Shown here piece by piece: positions 1-10,564 of a DNA stretch of 64,000 nt. Each line of letters starts with the position of its first letter. Position 1 is the first letter of the stretch. Where the stretch lies: contig JBBKXA010000091.1 in assembly GCA_037969235.1 (NCBI GenBank), positions 3,627 through 67,626 on the forward strand, written 5' to 3'. A program made the translations under genes and the position numbers. Below the pieces are notes generated by a model. That model made no database searches, was not told the origin of the DNA, and saw only the letters and a list, made by a program, of their open reading frames with translations. Source of the DNA: Bdellovibrionales bacterium. GTDB taxonomy: Bacteria > Pseudomonadota > Alphaproteobacteria > Micavibrionales > Micavibrionaceae.

Positions 1-1
1 G

Positions 2-694
2 ACACTCGATAGCCGCTTAATGGCGCTTAATGCCAATGACGGAAGCGTGATTTGGGAATACACAGGCATCAGCGACGAAGCTTCATTGGTCGGTGCACCA
101 AGCGCCGCCGCCAATCAAGACATCGTTGTCCCCGCTTTTTCATCAGGTGAAATCACCGCATTGCGCGTTGAAAACGGCTCGATAGCTTGGAGCGACAACC
201 TTTCCAACGTTCGCGGATTTGGCGGTATTTCTGCCATCACTGACATCCGCGCCCTGCCCGTCATTGATAAAGGTATGATCATCGCCATCAGCTTTTCTGG
301 CCGCCTTGTCGCCATTGATGAACGCACAGGATCGCGCGTCTGGCAACGCCAAATCAGCGGTTCACAAACACCGTGGGTCGCTGGTAATCACGTCTTTATT
401 CTATCCAGTGATAATCGTCTCATCGCATTGGGACGTGATAACGGCTCAATCCGCTGGATCACCCAATTGCCACGCTTTGATGATGGCGATCCCATCTTGT
501 TTTCTGGCCCAGTCTTAGCCGGAGGCCGCCTAATCTTAGCAGGAAGCGAAGGCCGCGTAGTCGAAGTACAACCCGAAAATGGTACGGTCATTCGTGAATG
601 GGAAGCCGAAGGCACAGTGAGCATTCCGCCCATCGTCGCCAACAACACATTATTCCTGCTCGATCGCGACGGAAAGCTGAGCGCCTATCGATAA
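2..694 (+). CDS. bamB: Outer membrane protein assembly factor BamB (PQQ-like beta-propeller), C-terminal part; the 5' end lies outside the window
   Basis: The frame stays open to the window edge, with no in-frame stop upstream of the ATG at 20. It contains repeated beta-propeller blades of the type 'ALNANDGSVIWEY', 'ALRVENGSIAWS', 'AIDERTGSRVWQ' and 'ALGRDNGSIRWI'. It lies in the conserved bamB-der neighbourhood. Confidence 0.75.
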   Translation, partial: TLDSRLMALNANDGSVIWEYTGISDEASLVGAPSAAANQDIVVPAFSSGEITALRVENGSIAWSDNLSNVRGFGGISAITDIRALPVIDKGMIIAISFSGRLVAIDERTGSRVWQRQISGSQTPWVAGNHVFILSSDNRLIALGRDNGSIRWITQLPRFDDGDPILFSGPVLAGGRLILAGSEGRVVEVQPENGTVIREWEAEGTVSIPPIVANNTLFLLDRDGKLSAYR

Positions 695-1237
695 ATGAAA
701 GATAGCTTCCGTGCATTTGCAAAAAAGATTGTTTCTAAATTTATAAATTTTAGAAACAATCACCCGCTTATTTTCAAATCAATACAAATTATCTGCTTTT
801 TATGGGTGTGTATAACATTAAGCACGGTGCATATATTGGGTTTTAACAATCTTATACTCACACCGCAAACAGAAAACGCCGCTTTTGGTTTTACCGAACA
901 CAATATAAACGATGCCAATCCAGCATTTGAAAAATATTACAAAAATCTTGATTTAAAAAACATGAATACACCACGCGTAAAAAATGAACTCATCGTATTC
1001 AACAATCAATTTAACACAGATTATCTTTGCAAAGCTAATAGCGGCGTCGATTTCACTTACACGTGTACAAACATAGCGCTGCAAATAATCGTAAGCTATA
1101 TCCCACTCATACTGACATTCATGTTTTTTGGCTTCGTATTTCCACCCTACCTTGTTTTAAGCGTAATCATGGCGCTGCCATTCATCATTGTTTTATTCGC
1201 CATAAAGAATTTATTGTTGCAGACATGTGTAAGATAG
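695..1237 (+). CDS. Hypothetical membrane protein (about 3-4 hydrophobic segments), AT-rich
   Basis: A 180-aa ORF whose ATG abuts the bamB stop (taaatg). Hydrophobic stretches include 'IQIICFLWVCITLSTVHILGF' and 'IPLILTFMFFGFVFPPYLVLSVIMALPFIIVLFAI'. I recognise no family motif, and the sequence is visibly more AT-rich than its flanks. Confidence 0.45.
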   Translation: MKDSFRAFAKKIVSKFINFRNNHPLIFKSIQIICFLWVCITLSTVHILGFNNLILTPQTENAAFGFTEHNINDANPAFEKYYKNLDLKNMNTPRVKNELIVFNNQFNTDYLCKANSGVDFTYTCTNIALQIIVSYIPLILTFMFFGFVFPPYLVLSVIMALPFIIVLFAIKNLLLQTCVR

Positions 1238-1269
1238 ACTCTGCGCACACTTCATGATAGAAAACGCAC

Positions 1270-2682
1270 ATGTTTACACTTGCGCTCATAGGCCGTCCAA
1301 ATGTCGGTAAATCCACGCTGTTTAACCGTATTGCGGGTAAGAAGCTGGCTATCGTTGATGACACCCCTGGTGTAACCCGCGACTGGCGCACCGCCGAAGG
1401 CTATTTCTTTGATCGTGAAGTGCGCGTTATTGATACCGCTGGTCTCGAAGAAAGCTTCGATAGCTCAATCCAAGGGCGCATGCGTCAACAAACTGAATCC
1501 GCTCTGCGCAATGCCGACGCCGCTTTATTTATAATTGATGGCCGCGCCGGAGTCACACCATTAGATATGCATTTCGCCCAATGGCTTCGCCGCCGTAAAA
1601 TGCCCGTAATTCTCGCGGTCAATAAAGGTGAAAACGAAAAGGCCGTAGCCAGTGCCATCGGCGAAGCATACAGTCTCGGCCTCGGTGAGCCGCACTTAAT
1701 TTCCGCTGAACATGGACATGGCATGGAAGACATCTACCACGCCCTCACACCTTTCTTCCCCGAAGAAGATAAAAAAAGCGAAAGCGCCGCCGATAACGCC
1801 GAAGATTTCGGAGATCTAGACGAACTGGAAGGGATAGAAGATTTTGAATTCGCCCAAGAAGCTGACGATCCAGAAAAACCAGTAAAAATCGCCATCGTAG
1901 GCCGCCCGAATGTTGGAAAATCTACCCTTTTGAACGCTATCGTCCAAGATCAGCGCGTCATGACCGGCCCCGAAGCAGGTATCACCCGCGATGCTATCGC
2001 CGTAGATTGGGAATATAAAGATCGTAAATTCCGCCTTGTCGACACCGCCGGTATGCGCCGCAAATCAAAAGTACAAAACAACATTGAAAAAATGAGTGTC
2101 GAAGATTCCATGCGCGCCATTCGCCTCGCGCAATTGGTCATCCTCGTCATTGACGGAACTGAGCTTTTTGAAAAACAAGATTTACAAATCGCCGAGCATA
2201 TCATCAATGAAGGCCGCGCACTCGTGCTGGCCATCAATAAATGGGATGATGTGCAAGACCGTGAAAACGTGCTTGAAGAAATAGAATACAAAGCAAAGAC
2301 CTCGCTGGCGCAACTCAAGGACATTCCCTATCAAACCACCTCGGCCTTAAACGGCAAAAACATCAATAAACTGCTTGATCGCTGCATTTATACATACGAG
2401 ATGTGGAACATGCGGATCAAGACTTCAGGATTGAACAAATGGCTCGCGAAAATGGAGAGCCAAAATCCCGCGCCATTGATTTCCGGTCGCCCCAACCGCT
2501 TAAAGTACATCACGCAAATTAAAACCCGTCCGCCAACTTTCGCGATGTGGGTTGCACGCCCAGACAAGCTACCCGAAGCGCATAAACGTTTTATTGTCAA
2601 CGGCCTTCGCCGCGATTATAAAATACCAGGCGTTCCAATTCGTCTGTTGATTCGTAAATCCAAAAATCCATATAATGAATAA
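1270..2682 (+). CDS. der: Ribosome-associated GTPase Der/EngA (double G-domain)
   Basis: Two P-loops are present, 'GRPNVGKSTLFNR' and 'GRPNVGKSTLLNA', each followed by DTAG and NKxD motifs. A C-terminal KH-like domain is present, and the 470-aa length fits. Confidence 0.95.
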   Translation: MFTLALIGRPNVGKSTLFNRIAGKKLAIVDDTPGVTRDWRTAEGYFFDREVRVIDTAGLEESFDSSIQGRMRQQTESALRNADAALFIIDGRAGVTPLDMHFAQWLRRRKMPVILAVNKGENEKAVASAIGEAYSLGLGEPHLISAEHGHGMEDIYHALTPFFPEEDKKSESAADNAEDFGDLDELEGIEDFEFAQEADDPEKPVKIAIVGRPNVGKSTLLNAIVQDQRVMTGPEAGITRDAIAVDWEYKDRKFRLVDTAGMRRKSKVQNNIEKMSVEDSMRAIRLAQLVILVIDGTELFEKQDLQIAEHIINEGRALVLAINKWDDVQDRENVLEEIEYKAKTSLAQLKDIPYQTTSALNGKNINKLLDRCIYTYEMWNMRIKTSGLNKWLAKMESQNPAPLISGRPNRLKYITQIKTRPPTFAMWVARPDKLPEAHKRFIVNGLRRDYKIPGVPIRLLIRKSKNPYNE

Positions 2683-2710
2683 ATCATTCAATTAAGAAGG
2701 AAATATAAGC

Positions 2711-3598
2711 ATGCCCGAACTCCCAACCGAAATTCTTAATCTAGACTCAGAATCTATGGATGGCGTGTTGCTCATAATTACCACATGGGGCATGCGCTTA
2801 CTGACGGCTGTTGCCATTCTTGTCGGGGGTTGGGTGGTTGGAAACTGGGTCAGTAAACGCATCACAAACATGAAAAAACTTGATGATACGCTTAAATCAT
2901 TCTTAGGCGGGCTATTCAAATACGCGATCATGGCGATAGCTTTTGTCGCATTGCTCGGACAACTTGGTGTACAAACCGCCAGCTTACTCGCTGTACTCGG
3001 CGCGGCAGGTTTAGCAATTGGCTTAGCGCTGCAAGGCACGCTATCAAACGTAGCCGCTGGCGTGATGCTCCTTATTCTTCGCCCATTTAGCGTCGGTGAT
3101 TACATTGAAACTGGCAGCATCAAAGGCACAGTCAAATCCTTAAGCTTGTTCGTCACTGAACTAGCCACTGTCGATAACGTGCATATTTTCGCACCCAATT
3201 CTCAAGTCTGGGATACAGAAATTTTTAATTTCAGCCGCAACACTCAGCGCCGCATTGATCTCGTGAACGGCATTTCTTATGGCGATGATATCGATAAAGC
3301 CATCAAAGCTATAGAAAAAATCGTATCTAATGATGATCGTCTGGTCACCACAAAAGGTAAGGAACCATTATATTTCGTTAGCTCTTTAGGCGATTCGTCC
3401 GTCAATGTGACTGCGCGTTTTTGGGTAAATACGTCCGAATATTGGCCAGCCAGATGGGATCTCACAAAATCCACAAAAGAAGCGCTCGACAAAGCTGGAA
3501 TCACCATCCCGTTCCCAACACGTACATTAGAGCTTAGCCCAGAAAGTGCGGAAGCGATGGCAGGCGGCGCAAAGGCAACAAAGAAAAAAGCAGCCTAA
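2711..3598 (+). CDS. Small-conductance mechanosensitive channel, MscS family
   Basis: A 295-aa protein with three N-terminal TM segments. The MscS pore and beta-domain region follows ('GLALQGTLSNVAAGVMLLILRPFSVGDYIE...IKGTV...ELATVDNVHIFAPNSQV'). Confidence 0.8.
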   Translation: MPELPTEILNLDSESMDGVLLIITTWGMRLLTAVAILVGGWVVGNWVSKRITNMKKLDDTLKSFLGGLFKYAIMAIAFVALLGQLGVQTASLLAVLGAAGLAIGLALQGTLSNVAAGVMLLILRPFSVGDYIETGSIKGTVKSLSLFVTELATVDNVHIFAPNSQVWDTEIFNFSRNTQRRIDLVNGISYGDDIDKAIKAIEKIVSNDDRLVTTKGKEPLYFVSSLGDSSVNVTARFWVNTSEYWPARWDLTKSTKEALDKAGITIPFPTRTLELSPESAEAMAGGAKATKKKAA

Positions 3599-3612
3599 AC
3601 AGCCCTAATCGA

Positions 3613-4185
3613 TCATACGGCATGCAGAGCATCACGAATATGGTCTGCAAATTCCAGCAATGTTTGATCGATCAACATCCCGAATATAGCCACAAATCCA
3701 CCCAGTTCCCAAGGAACTCGGAATACATGTGTTAATATATAACCGCTATACAAATACCCCACCATGATCATAAAAACGGCGTAACTTTCAAATTGTGTAC
3801 TTTCTTGCGCGCCCAACGCTATAGCCACCAGCAAAGGGCTGGTAAGTGCCAGCATAGCAATATTAAACCAATTCACGACATTGAGATATTTATAAAAATA
3901 TTGAGTCCGCTCATAATGTTTAGAAAAACAAAACACTAGCCCCAAAAACCCTACTAAAGCCAAAATAGTGATCGGAGTATATAAAAATACAATGAGCGAT
4001 GGAGAATATTCTGGTGACATTATAACGCGTACACCTAAAATCAGGGGCAGAATAACAAGAACAATAAGAAAGGATTTCAAGGCGTCACTTCGGCTATTGC
4101 TAAAACGATCAAATCCCGCCTTCATAAACAGCACGATTTCAAAACATCCCAATAAATTTTGTTTAACTTGTTTAGATAAAAACAT
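3613..4185 (-). CDS. Hypothetical polytopic membrane protein (Yip1-like appearance, unverified)
   Basis: A 190-aa ORF with about 5 hydrophobic segments and no recognisable catalytic motif. Its coding status is inferred from length and from hydrophobic periodicity. Confidence 0.5.
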   Translation of the reverse strand: MFLSKQVKQNLLGCFEIVLFMKAGFDRFSNSRSDALKSFLIVLVILPLILGVRVIMSPEYSPSLIVFLYTPITILALVGFLGLVFCFSKHYERTQYFYKYLNVVNWFNIAMLALTSPLLVAIALGAQESTQFESYAVFMIMVGYLYSGYILTHVFRVPWELGGFVAIFGMLIDQTLLEFADHIRDALHAV

Positions 4186-4269
4186 GCTGAGCCTCCCTTA
4201 AAAACCGCATCCTTATATTTTACGGTAAATAATCCAAAGGCGCAAATTTTTATTGCTATAGTCTGATGC

Positions 4270-5739
4270 TTAAGATTTTATCACACGCTCATTCAAAGAC
4301 GTGATTTTAGCGCCTGTCTGATTGCTGTCATGATCGACCAATTCAACAGGGTAATCCCCCGTAAAACACGCGTCACAATATTGCGGGTTTTGGTTATTAC
4401 GCTTTGTTTCACCAACCGCACGATACAATCCATCCAAAGACACATACGCTAGAGAATCCGCACCGATATAGGCACAAATTTCATCAATAGTTTTTTTCGA
4501 AGCGAGCAGTTCCGAGCTTGAAGGCGTATCGATGCCATAAAAACAGCTTTGAATGGTTGGCGGAGAGGATATGCGCATATGTACTTCCTTGGCCCCTGCC
4601 GCGCGGATCATCTCTACAATTTTCTTACTGGTGGTGCCGCGCACGATCGAATCATCAACCAATATCACGCTTTTGCCTTCGATGAATTTACGATTGGCAT
4701 TATGTTTCAGACGTACGCCTAAATTACGAATTTTATCCGTCGGCTCAATAAACGTACGCCCAACATAATGATTGCGAATAATACCTAGCTCAAATGGAAT
4801 ACCGCTCACTTCGGCATAACCAATCGCCGATGGCGTACCGCTATCTGGTACAGGCACAACCAGATCGGCACCCACAACAGGGTTTTCCCGCGCCAGCTCC
4901 GCGCCAATATTCTTGCGTAATTCATAAACGCTGTGACCCTCAAGCGAGCTGTCAGGACGAGCAAAATACACATATTCAAATATACAAAAGCGCTTATTTT
5001 GTTTTGTAAACGGAAAAGAGGAATGAATACCTTGGTCATCAAGGATAATCATCTCACCCGCTTCAACATCACGCACGAAATCCGCACCAATAATATCCAG
5101 TGCGCAAGTCTCCGAAGCCAAAATATGCGCATCACCCAAACGCCCAAGAACAAGAGGGCGAATGCCATGCGGATCACGCAGACCAATAACGCTGTTATTT
5201 GCACACGCCACCAATGAATATGCGCCTTTGATTTGCTTAACTGCATCAATTAAGCGCTCCGCCATGCTGCCCTCACGCGAGACAGCGACCAAATGCACAA
5301 TCGTTTCTGTATCGCTGGTGGATTGGAAAATGGAGCCACGCTTTACCAAATCTGTGCGCAACGTGTTGGCGTTGGTTAAATTTCCGTTATGCGCGACTGC
5401 AAAACCGCCAAAATCCATATCCGCAAACATCGGTTGAACATTACGAAGCGCTGGCTCACCGCTTGTGGAATAACGGTTGTGACCAATTGCAGCATGGCCT
5501 TTTAATTTGTCAATCACATTGATATCGCTGAAATTTGAATCCACTAAGCCTAGTGCTTTGTGAGAATAAAATTCCTCACCATCATAAGACACAACGCCGC
5601 AAGCTTCCTGTCCACGATGCTGCAAGGCATGAAGGCCAAGTGCAGTTAACGCTGCAGCGTCTTCGCTTCCATACACCCCAAACACGCCACATTCTTCGTG
5701 AAATTTATCATCGTCATAAAAGGCAGTTTCGTGCGTCAT
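4270..5739 (-). CDS. purF: Amidophosphoribosyltransferase (glutamine PRPP amidotransferase)
   Basis: An N-terminal propeptide is followed by the catalytic Cys in 'ECGVFGV'. The PRPP-binding loop 'VILVDDSIVRGTTSKKI' is present, as are C-terminal Fe-S cysteines ('CFYGIDTP', 'YCDACFTGDYP'). Confidence 0.95.
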   Translation of the reverse strand: MTHETAFYDDDKFHEECGVFGVYGSEDAAALTALGLHALQHRGQEACGVVSYDGEEFYSHKALGLVDSNFSDINVIDKLKGHAAIGHNRYSTSGEPALRNVQPMFADMDFGGFAVAHNGNLTNANTLRTDLVKRGSIFQSTSDTETIVHLVAVSREGSMAERLIDAVKQIKGAYSLVACANNSVIGLRDPHGIRPLVLGRLGDAHILASETCALDIIGADFVRDVEAGEMIILDDQGIHSSFPFTKQNKRFCIFEYVYFARPDSSLEGHSVYELRKNIGAELARENPVVGADLVVPVPDSGTPSAIGYAEVSGIPFELGIIRNHYVGRTFIEPTDKIRNLGVRLKHNANRKFIEGKSVILVDDSIVRGTTSKKIVEMIRAAGAKEVHMRISSPPTIQSCFYGIDTPSSSELLASKKTIDEICAYIGADSLAYVSLDGLYRAVGETKRNNQNPQYCDACFTGDYPVELVDHDSNQTGAKITSLNERVIKS

Positions 5740-5753
5740 GTTAATGCCTATTC

Positions 5754-6506
5754 TTAAGGGTTAGTACGTTCAGATTCGTAAGGTTCTTGGTTTGCGTCTT
5801 CGTTTATATTTTCAAATAAACGATCAACATCATCACGGAATTCTTCGCTATAACCTTTGGTTTCCGGTACATCTTGCACTTTATCATCAGCAGGCCGATC
5901 ATCGCGTTTTAATAAATCAATATCTTCAAGTTTTTTGCGCGTCTCATTATTTTTCTCAATCTGCTGTACGCTTTCTTTCATATCGTCTTTAGCCGATTCG
6001 GGAATAAATTTTTCAAGCTCAGCTGCAGTTTTCTCAAGATATAGATGCGTTTTACTACCAGCAAACCATTCGTCCTTGCTATCGGAAGCGGCAAATATAT
6101 GCACGGGCAAATACAACAAGCCCAGCAAGATAATGCCGCGGATCAAGCCAAAAATAAAACCGAGCGTGCGATCAACTGCGCCTAGCCCTAAATTACGAAT
6201 AGTTTCAGCTAGAAAATGACTTAAAATTGATAAAATAATTACTACAGTAATAAAAACTGCGCCGTAGGCCAAAATCATACCCAGTAAATCATACGGTAAA
6301 ATTCCAAATAATTTCTCAGGCTCCGTCCCCTCGACTACACCAAGCCAGCCTTTAAATAGCGGCGCAATTTTTGGCCCTATATAAAAAGCTGCGGCCAAAC
6401 CGCCAACAACACCAGTGATAGTCAAAACCTCACGAATAGCACCGCGTAAAAACGCAATCATTGCGGAGATGAGTAAAATAACGATAACAAGAATATCGAT
6501 AATCAT
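5754..6506 (-). CDS. cvpA: CvpA family membrane protein (colicin V production protein-like) with an acidic C-terminal tail
   Basis: The N-terminus 'DILVIVILLISAMIAFLRGAIRE' and a four-TM layout are typical of CvpA. It sits directly upstream of purF, matching the conserved cvpA-purF operon. Confidence 0.8.
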   Translation of the reverse strand: MIIDILVIVILLISAMIAFLRGAIREVLTITGVVGGLAAAFYIGPKIAPLFKGWLGVVEGTEPEKLFGILPYDLLGMILAYGAVFITVVIILSILSHFLAETIRNLGLGAVDRTLGFIFGLIRGIILLGLLYLPVHIFAASDSKDEWFAGSKTHLYLEKTAAELEKFIPESAKDDMKESVQQIEKNNETRKKLEDIDLLKRDDRPADDKVQDVPETKGYSEEFRDDVDRLFENINEDANQEPYESERTNP

Positions 6507-6589
6507 AAGTGCGCCATGCCTTTACATCATTGATTGAGGCCTTATATGTAGGCAAATTTTATGTACAAATCAAGTATTTAAAATAACCA

Positions 6590-8008
6590 TCATACAGCAT
6601 AAGCCTTAGGCGCAGCATTAACCGTAAAAAGATCAGCCAGCATTTGCACATGGTCAATTTCGGAAACCCGCATTTCATCACCACGCGCACGTTGTGCTTG
6701 GCCTTTTTTCTTAATAGTGGGGATGATCGCCTCACGAAACCCTAATTTTGTAGCTTCTTTCAACCGCAAATCAGGCTGCGCCACTTGACGAATTTCGCCC
6801 GCCAAGCCAACCTCACCAAAAAATACCGTCTCAGGTGGCAGTGGATTATTTTGCAGCGCACTAATCAACGCTGCCGCCACAGCCATATCCGCCGCAGGCT
6901 CGCTAATGCGTATACCACCCGCGATGTTGAGAAAAATATCACAGCCCGAAATTTGAAGCCCAATCCTCGTCTCTAACACGGCCAGAATCATCGCTAAACG
7001 ATTAGGGTCCCAGCCAATTACCGAGCGTCGCGGCGACGCGAGCGAAGATGGTGCAACCAACGCCTGCACCTCTACCAGCATCGGGCGTGAGCCCTCAAGC
7101 GCCGCCAAAACGGCGCTCCCCGCAACATTTTGATTGCGTTGGGAGAGAAAAATTTCCGAAGGGTTTTCGACCTGCACCAAACCAGAGCCCGCCATTTCAA
7201 AAACACCAATCTCATCCGTCGCGCCAAAGCGATTTTTTACCCCGCGCAAAATGCGAAATTGATGCGAACGATCCCCTTCAAAATATAAAACGCTGTCAAC
7301 CATATGCTCCAATACACGTGGCCCAGCAATTTGTCCGTCTTTCGTGACATGCCCAACAAAAAAAACCGCCATATTGTGAGCTTTGGCATGGCGGATAATC
7401 TCCTGTGCCGATGTACGTACTTGCGTCACCGTACCCGGCGCGGATTCGATATTGTCGATATACATCGTTTGAATAGAATCAATCACTAAAAGCTGCACAG
7501 GCTTTTCATCCGCGTCACGCTGTTCAACACTGGTGAGAATATCGCGCACATTTGTCGCGCTCGCTAATTCAACAGGCGCATCTTGCAAACCTAATCGTTG
7601 CGCCCGCATACGCACTTGATCAACTGCCTCCTCACCCGACACGTACACACACCGCACATTACGTTTTGACAGAGCGCATACCGCCTGTAATAACAATGTA
7701 GATTTACCAATCCCCGGATCGCCACCAATTAAAACCGCTGAGCCCGGAACCAACCCACCGCCCAGAACACGATCAAATTCATCTATGCCTGAAATATGGC
7801 GCGGATATTCTTCCTGATTGGCATCGTTAAGCGCCACAAAATCAATCTTACGCCCTTTTTTATTTCCACTCATCCCCTTTGGGACGCTCTGTGGTGCAAT
7901 TTCTTGCGCGATAGTATTCCATTCATTGCACGACTCGCACTTGCCCGCCCAACGGCTTGTTACCCCACCGCAAGACTGACATACATAATTATTTTTTTCC
8001 TTCGCCAT
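6590..8008 (-). CDS. radA: DNA repair protein RadA/Sms
   Basis: It has the zinc finger 'CQSCGGVTSRWAGKCESCNEWNT', the Walker A motif 'GGDPGIGKSTLLLQ' and the 'KNRFG' motif. A Lon-like C-terminal domain follows. Confidence 0.95.
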   Translation of the reverse strand: MAKEKNNYVCQSCGGVTSRWAGKCESCNEWNTIAQEIAPQSVPKGMSGNKKGRKIDFVALNDANQEEYPRHISGIDEFDRVLGGGLVPGSAVLIGGDPGIGKSTLLLQAVCALSKRNVRCVYVSGEEAVDQVRMRAQRLGLQDAPVELASATNVRDILTSVEQRDADEKPVQLLVIDSIQTMYIDNIESAPGTVTQVRTSAQEIIRHAKAHNMAVFFVGHVTKDGQIAGPRVLEHMVDSVLYFEGDRSHQFRILRGVKNRFGATDEIGVFEMAGSGLVQVENPSEIFLSQRNQNVAGSAVLAALEGSRPMLVEVQALVAPSSLASPRRSVIGWDPNRLAMILAVLETRIGLQISGCDIFLNIAGGIRISEPAADMAVAAALISALQNNPLPPETVFFGEVGLAGEIRQVAQPDLRLKEATKLGFREAIIPTIKKKGQAQRARGDEMRVSEIDHVQMLADLFTVNAAPKAYAV

Positions 8009-8061
8009 GATTCTATTTATGCCAGATTTTTAAGAACAAAGAAAGAACAAATTTTATCACC

Positions 8062-9759
8062 CTAACCCTCGCGCTGCAAAGCCCATTTAAATTCATGTGT
8101 TTTATCATTAACTTGGCCATAAATAACCAGTTGTTTGGTTTTGCGTGGACTGCAACCCTGCCCCATAAACACACTATCCTCTAACGCTAAAATTCCTCCA
8201 CCAATGTGAAATCGCCAGCCCATCCCACCAGACGTACGGATCAACGCCTCTTGCCCGTCACGAATAAGCGAAACCATTACTTGCGGATGCAAATGAAAGC
8301 GCACCGCAACATCATGCGACGACACAGAAGCATGATGAGATGTCAAAATATCCGCCCCTCTAATATCCGCACCTTTTTCACTCACGTAAATACGTCGCTT
8401 ATGCGTAAACCCATTTAACGCAACATATCCGTCATGGCTAGCCTCTAGCAAAACAGCATCCTTCATGTCTTCGCGCAGCACTTTGATCTTGCCGTGTTTT
8501 CGCGCAAAATGGCCGTTCGCTTCAACCTCACATACATTTCGATCATCCATGTTTAACGTGCTATGAGCGGGGGTAGAGCGCAGCGCATCTTGCCACTCAG
8601 CATCAAGTGGATGAGAGCCGCAATTCACAAACACACGATCACGACCGCTATTGAGTTCAAACGCGAGCGGCGCGGCATGCGCGATTTTATCATAAGGCCA
8701 ATCGGGCGGCGCTCCGCAATCCATTAAAATATGCGTACGCCCCAAAACCAAGCGTTCATAACCTGTACAGGGCAAAGAACTAAGCGATTTCCCACGAACA
8801 TGCGCCTGATGCAACGCGGAATCAATGCAATCCCTATCGCCCATCTGACCGCCATTAAACAACGCAAAATGCTTATCATTATAACGAAAAAACCGCGTAG
8901 CAAGCCCCATACGATCAATAGCATGCTGAATTTTTTCAGGCAGCGGATAATCACCCGTTTGCAAAACCATACGTACATCAAGCAGGATTTTCAACGCTTC
9001 GAATAACTGCGCTGGACTACGCGATACATGACCACCATCATGCGCAATTTGAACGTCAATCTCATGTACCAACATATGCAAACTTTGTGCGATCCATTCC
9101 TCCCGACCCTCAAAGGCGATCCCCGCATATAGCAAACCTTTAAGCGCCTGTAGCCGTCCCAAACCAAAACAGTCCGTATTATTATCTCGCGACAACACGC
9201 GTGACAAATGCCGCGCTTGGCGCATACAGCTTTCAAAAAAATCATCTTGAAAATGCTCAAGCGCATCTTCATCATCGAAAAACCCATCGCCAAAAAAATC
9301 ATAATGCGACAGCCACATTGAAAGTCGCACACCACATATATCTGGCCGCCAGCTTTGGGCATCCCACACCATATAATGCGATATCCAGCTCTCAATCATT
9401 GTTCGCGCTTGTACACTGGCCGACGCGCTCATCCCGCGCTCCGCCGAAACCGCCTTTAAATCGCGCAACCATGTAAAACCGTGCATATGCGTAATCCACG
9501 CATCACTCACCCCGTTTGGACTCCACCCTTCTTGCGTAAAACGCAACTCATCGCCTTCATAAGATAACGCCCCTTCACAAAGCCAACGCCCCACCTTTGC
9601 ACAACCCGACCACCCATCAACAGGGCGCACCGCTAACCGTTCAGGCACAACACCGCCCAAACTCCAATTGTAAAATACGGAGTTATAGGCCATATGACTG
9701 GCGCGATTTTTTAAACTGCGATAAAGCTGAACGGGCATGTTCATCCTTTTCTTAAACAA
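8062..9759 (-). CDS. Heparinase II/III-like family protein (conserved alphaproteobacterial protein of unknown role)
   Basis: The 565-aa size, overall sequence character and position next to rpe/rsmB match the 'heparinase II/III-like' proteins usually annotated at this locus in alphaproteobacteria. The assignment comes from recollection of the family, not from a diagnostic motif. The true start may be an internal Met. Confidence 0.55.
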   Translation of the reverse strand: MFKKRMNMPVQLYRSLKNRASHMAYNSVFYNWSLGGVVPERLAVRPVDGWSGCAKVGRWLCEGALSYEGDELRFTQEGWSPNGVSDAWITHMHGFTWLRDLKAVSAERGMSASASVQARTMIESWISHYMVWDAQSWRPDICGVRLSMWLSHYDFFGDGFFDDEDALEHFQDDFFESCMRQARHLSRVLSRDNNTDCFGLGRLQALKGLLYAGIAFEGREEWIAQSLHMLVHEIDVQIAHDGGHVSRSPAQLFEALKILLDVRMVLQTGDYPLPEKIQHAIDRMGLATRFFRYNDKHFALFNGGQMGDRDCIDSALHQAHVRGKSLSSLPCTGYERLVLGRTHILMDCGAPPDWPYDKIAHAAPLAFELNSGRDRVFVNCGSHPLDAEWQDALRSTPAHSTLNMDDRNVCEVEANGHFARKHGKIKVLREDMKDAVLLEASHDGYVALNGFTHKRRIYVSEKGADIRGADILTSHHASVSSHDVAVRFHLHPQVMVSLIRDGQEALIRTSGGMGWRFHIGGGILALEDSVFMGQGCSPRKTKQLVIYGQVNDKTHEFKWALQREG

Positions 9760-9814
9760 AAACTTTTAATGTAATGATCACCTCAGAATTGAGATAACCT
9801 TAATACGGCAAACC

Positions 9815-10501
9815 TCAACGAAGCGCCGCGATATTTCTTGCGTAATGATCTGGCCCGTCTTTGAATACAGCCGTGCCAGCCACCAAAACATCCGCGCCCG
9901 CGGCAATGCATTCTTTCGCCGTTTGCGCATTTACTCCGCCATCAATTTCTAAATCAATCGCGCGACCACTTCGTTTTTCTTCCGCATCAATCATCGCACG
10001 CGCATCGGCAATTTTGTCCAAAACGGGAATAAAACTTTGACCGCCGAAACCCGGATTAACCGTCATAATCAAAACCAAATCCACCAAATCCATCACATGT
10101 GCAATAGTCGAAATCGGCGTAGCAGGGTTAAGCGATACGCCGCATTTCACCCCATGTGATTTAATTGCTTGTAGCGTACGGTGCAAATGTGATCCCGCCT
10201 CAACATGCGCGGTAATAATATCCGCCCCCGCCGAAACAAAATCTGCGATCAAAGGATCAACAGGCGAGACCATCAAATGCACATCAAAAATTTTCTGACT
10301 ATGTGGGCGCAAACATTTCACCACGGGTGCACCAAACGTAAGGTTCGGCACAAAATGTCCATCCATCACATCAATATGGATATATTCCGCACCCGCTTCA
10401 TCAATACGGCGCACTTCTTCGCCCAAAATTGAAAAATCGGCGGATAATATAGATGGAGCAATACGGACAGGCTTTTGCGGCATAATAAGGGAATAACTCA
10501 A
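9815..10501 (-). CDS. rpe: Ribulose-phosphate 3-epimerase
   Basis: Motifs seen are '[10 protein letters not shown]', '[17 protein letters not shown]' and '[10 protein letters not shown]'. The 228-aa length fits. Confidence 0.95.
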   Translation of the reverse strand: MSYSLIMPQKPVRIAPSILSADFSILGEEVRRIDEAGAEYIHIDVMDGHFVPNLTFGAPVVKCLRPHSQKIFDVHLMVSPVDPLIADFVSAGADIITAHVEAGSHLHRTLQAIKSHGVKCGVSLNPATPISTIAHVMDLVDLVLIMTVNPGFGGQSFIPVLDKIADARAMIDAEEKRSGRAIDLEIDGGVNAQTAKECIAAGADVLVAGTAVFKDGPDHYARNIAALR

Positions 10502-10564
10502 TGAAAAAGACGGTTAATTTATTTTAGCAGAATCATATATGCAAAGATAGGGCGCAAAACGAAT

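Noticed and set aside
8062-9759. The heparinase II/III-like protein as evidence of a glycosaminoglycan or alginate utilisation locus.
   Set aside because: There are no neighbouring transporters, lyases, sulfatases or regulators, and I saw no signal peptide. The gene sits among rpe, rsmB and radA, as its orthologs do in many alphaproteobacteria, so it is a conserved housekeeping-context protein of unknown role.
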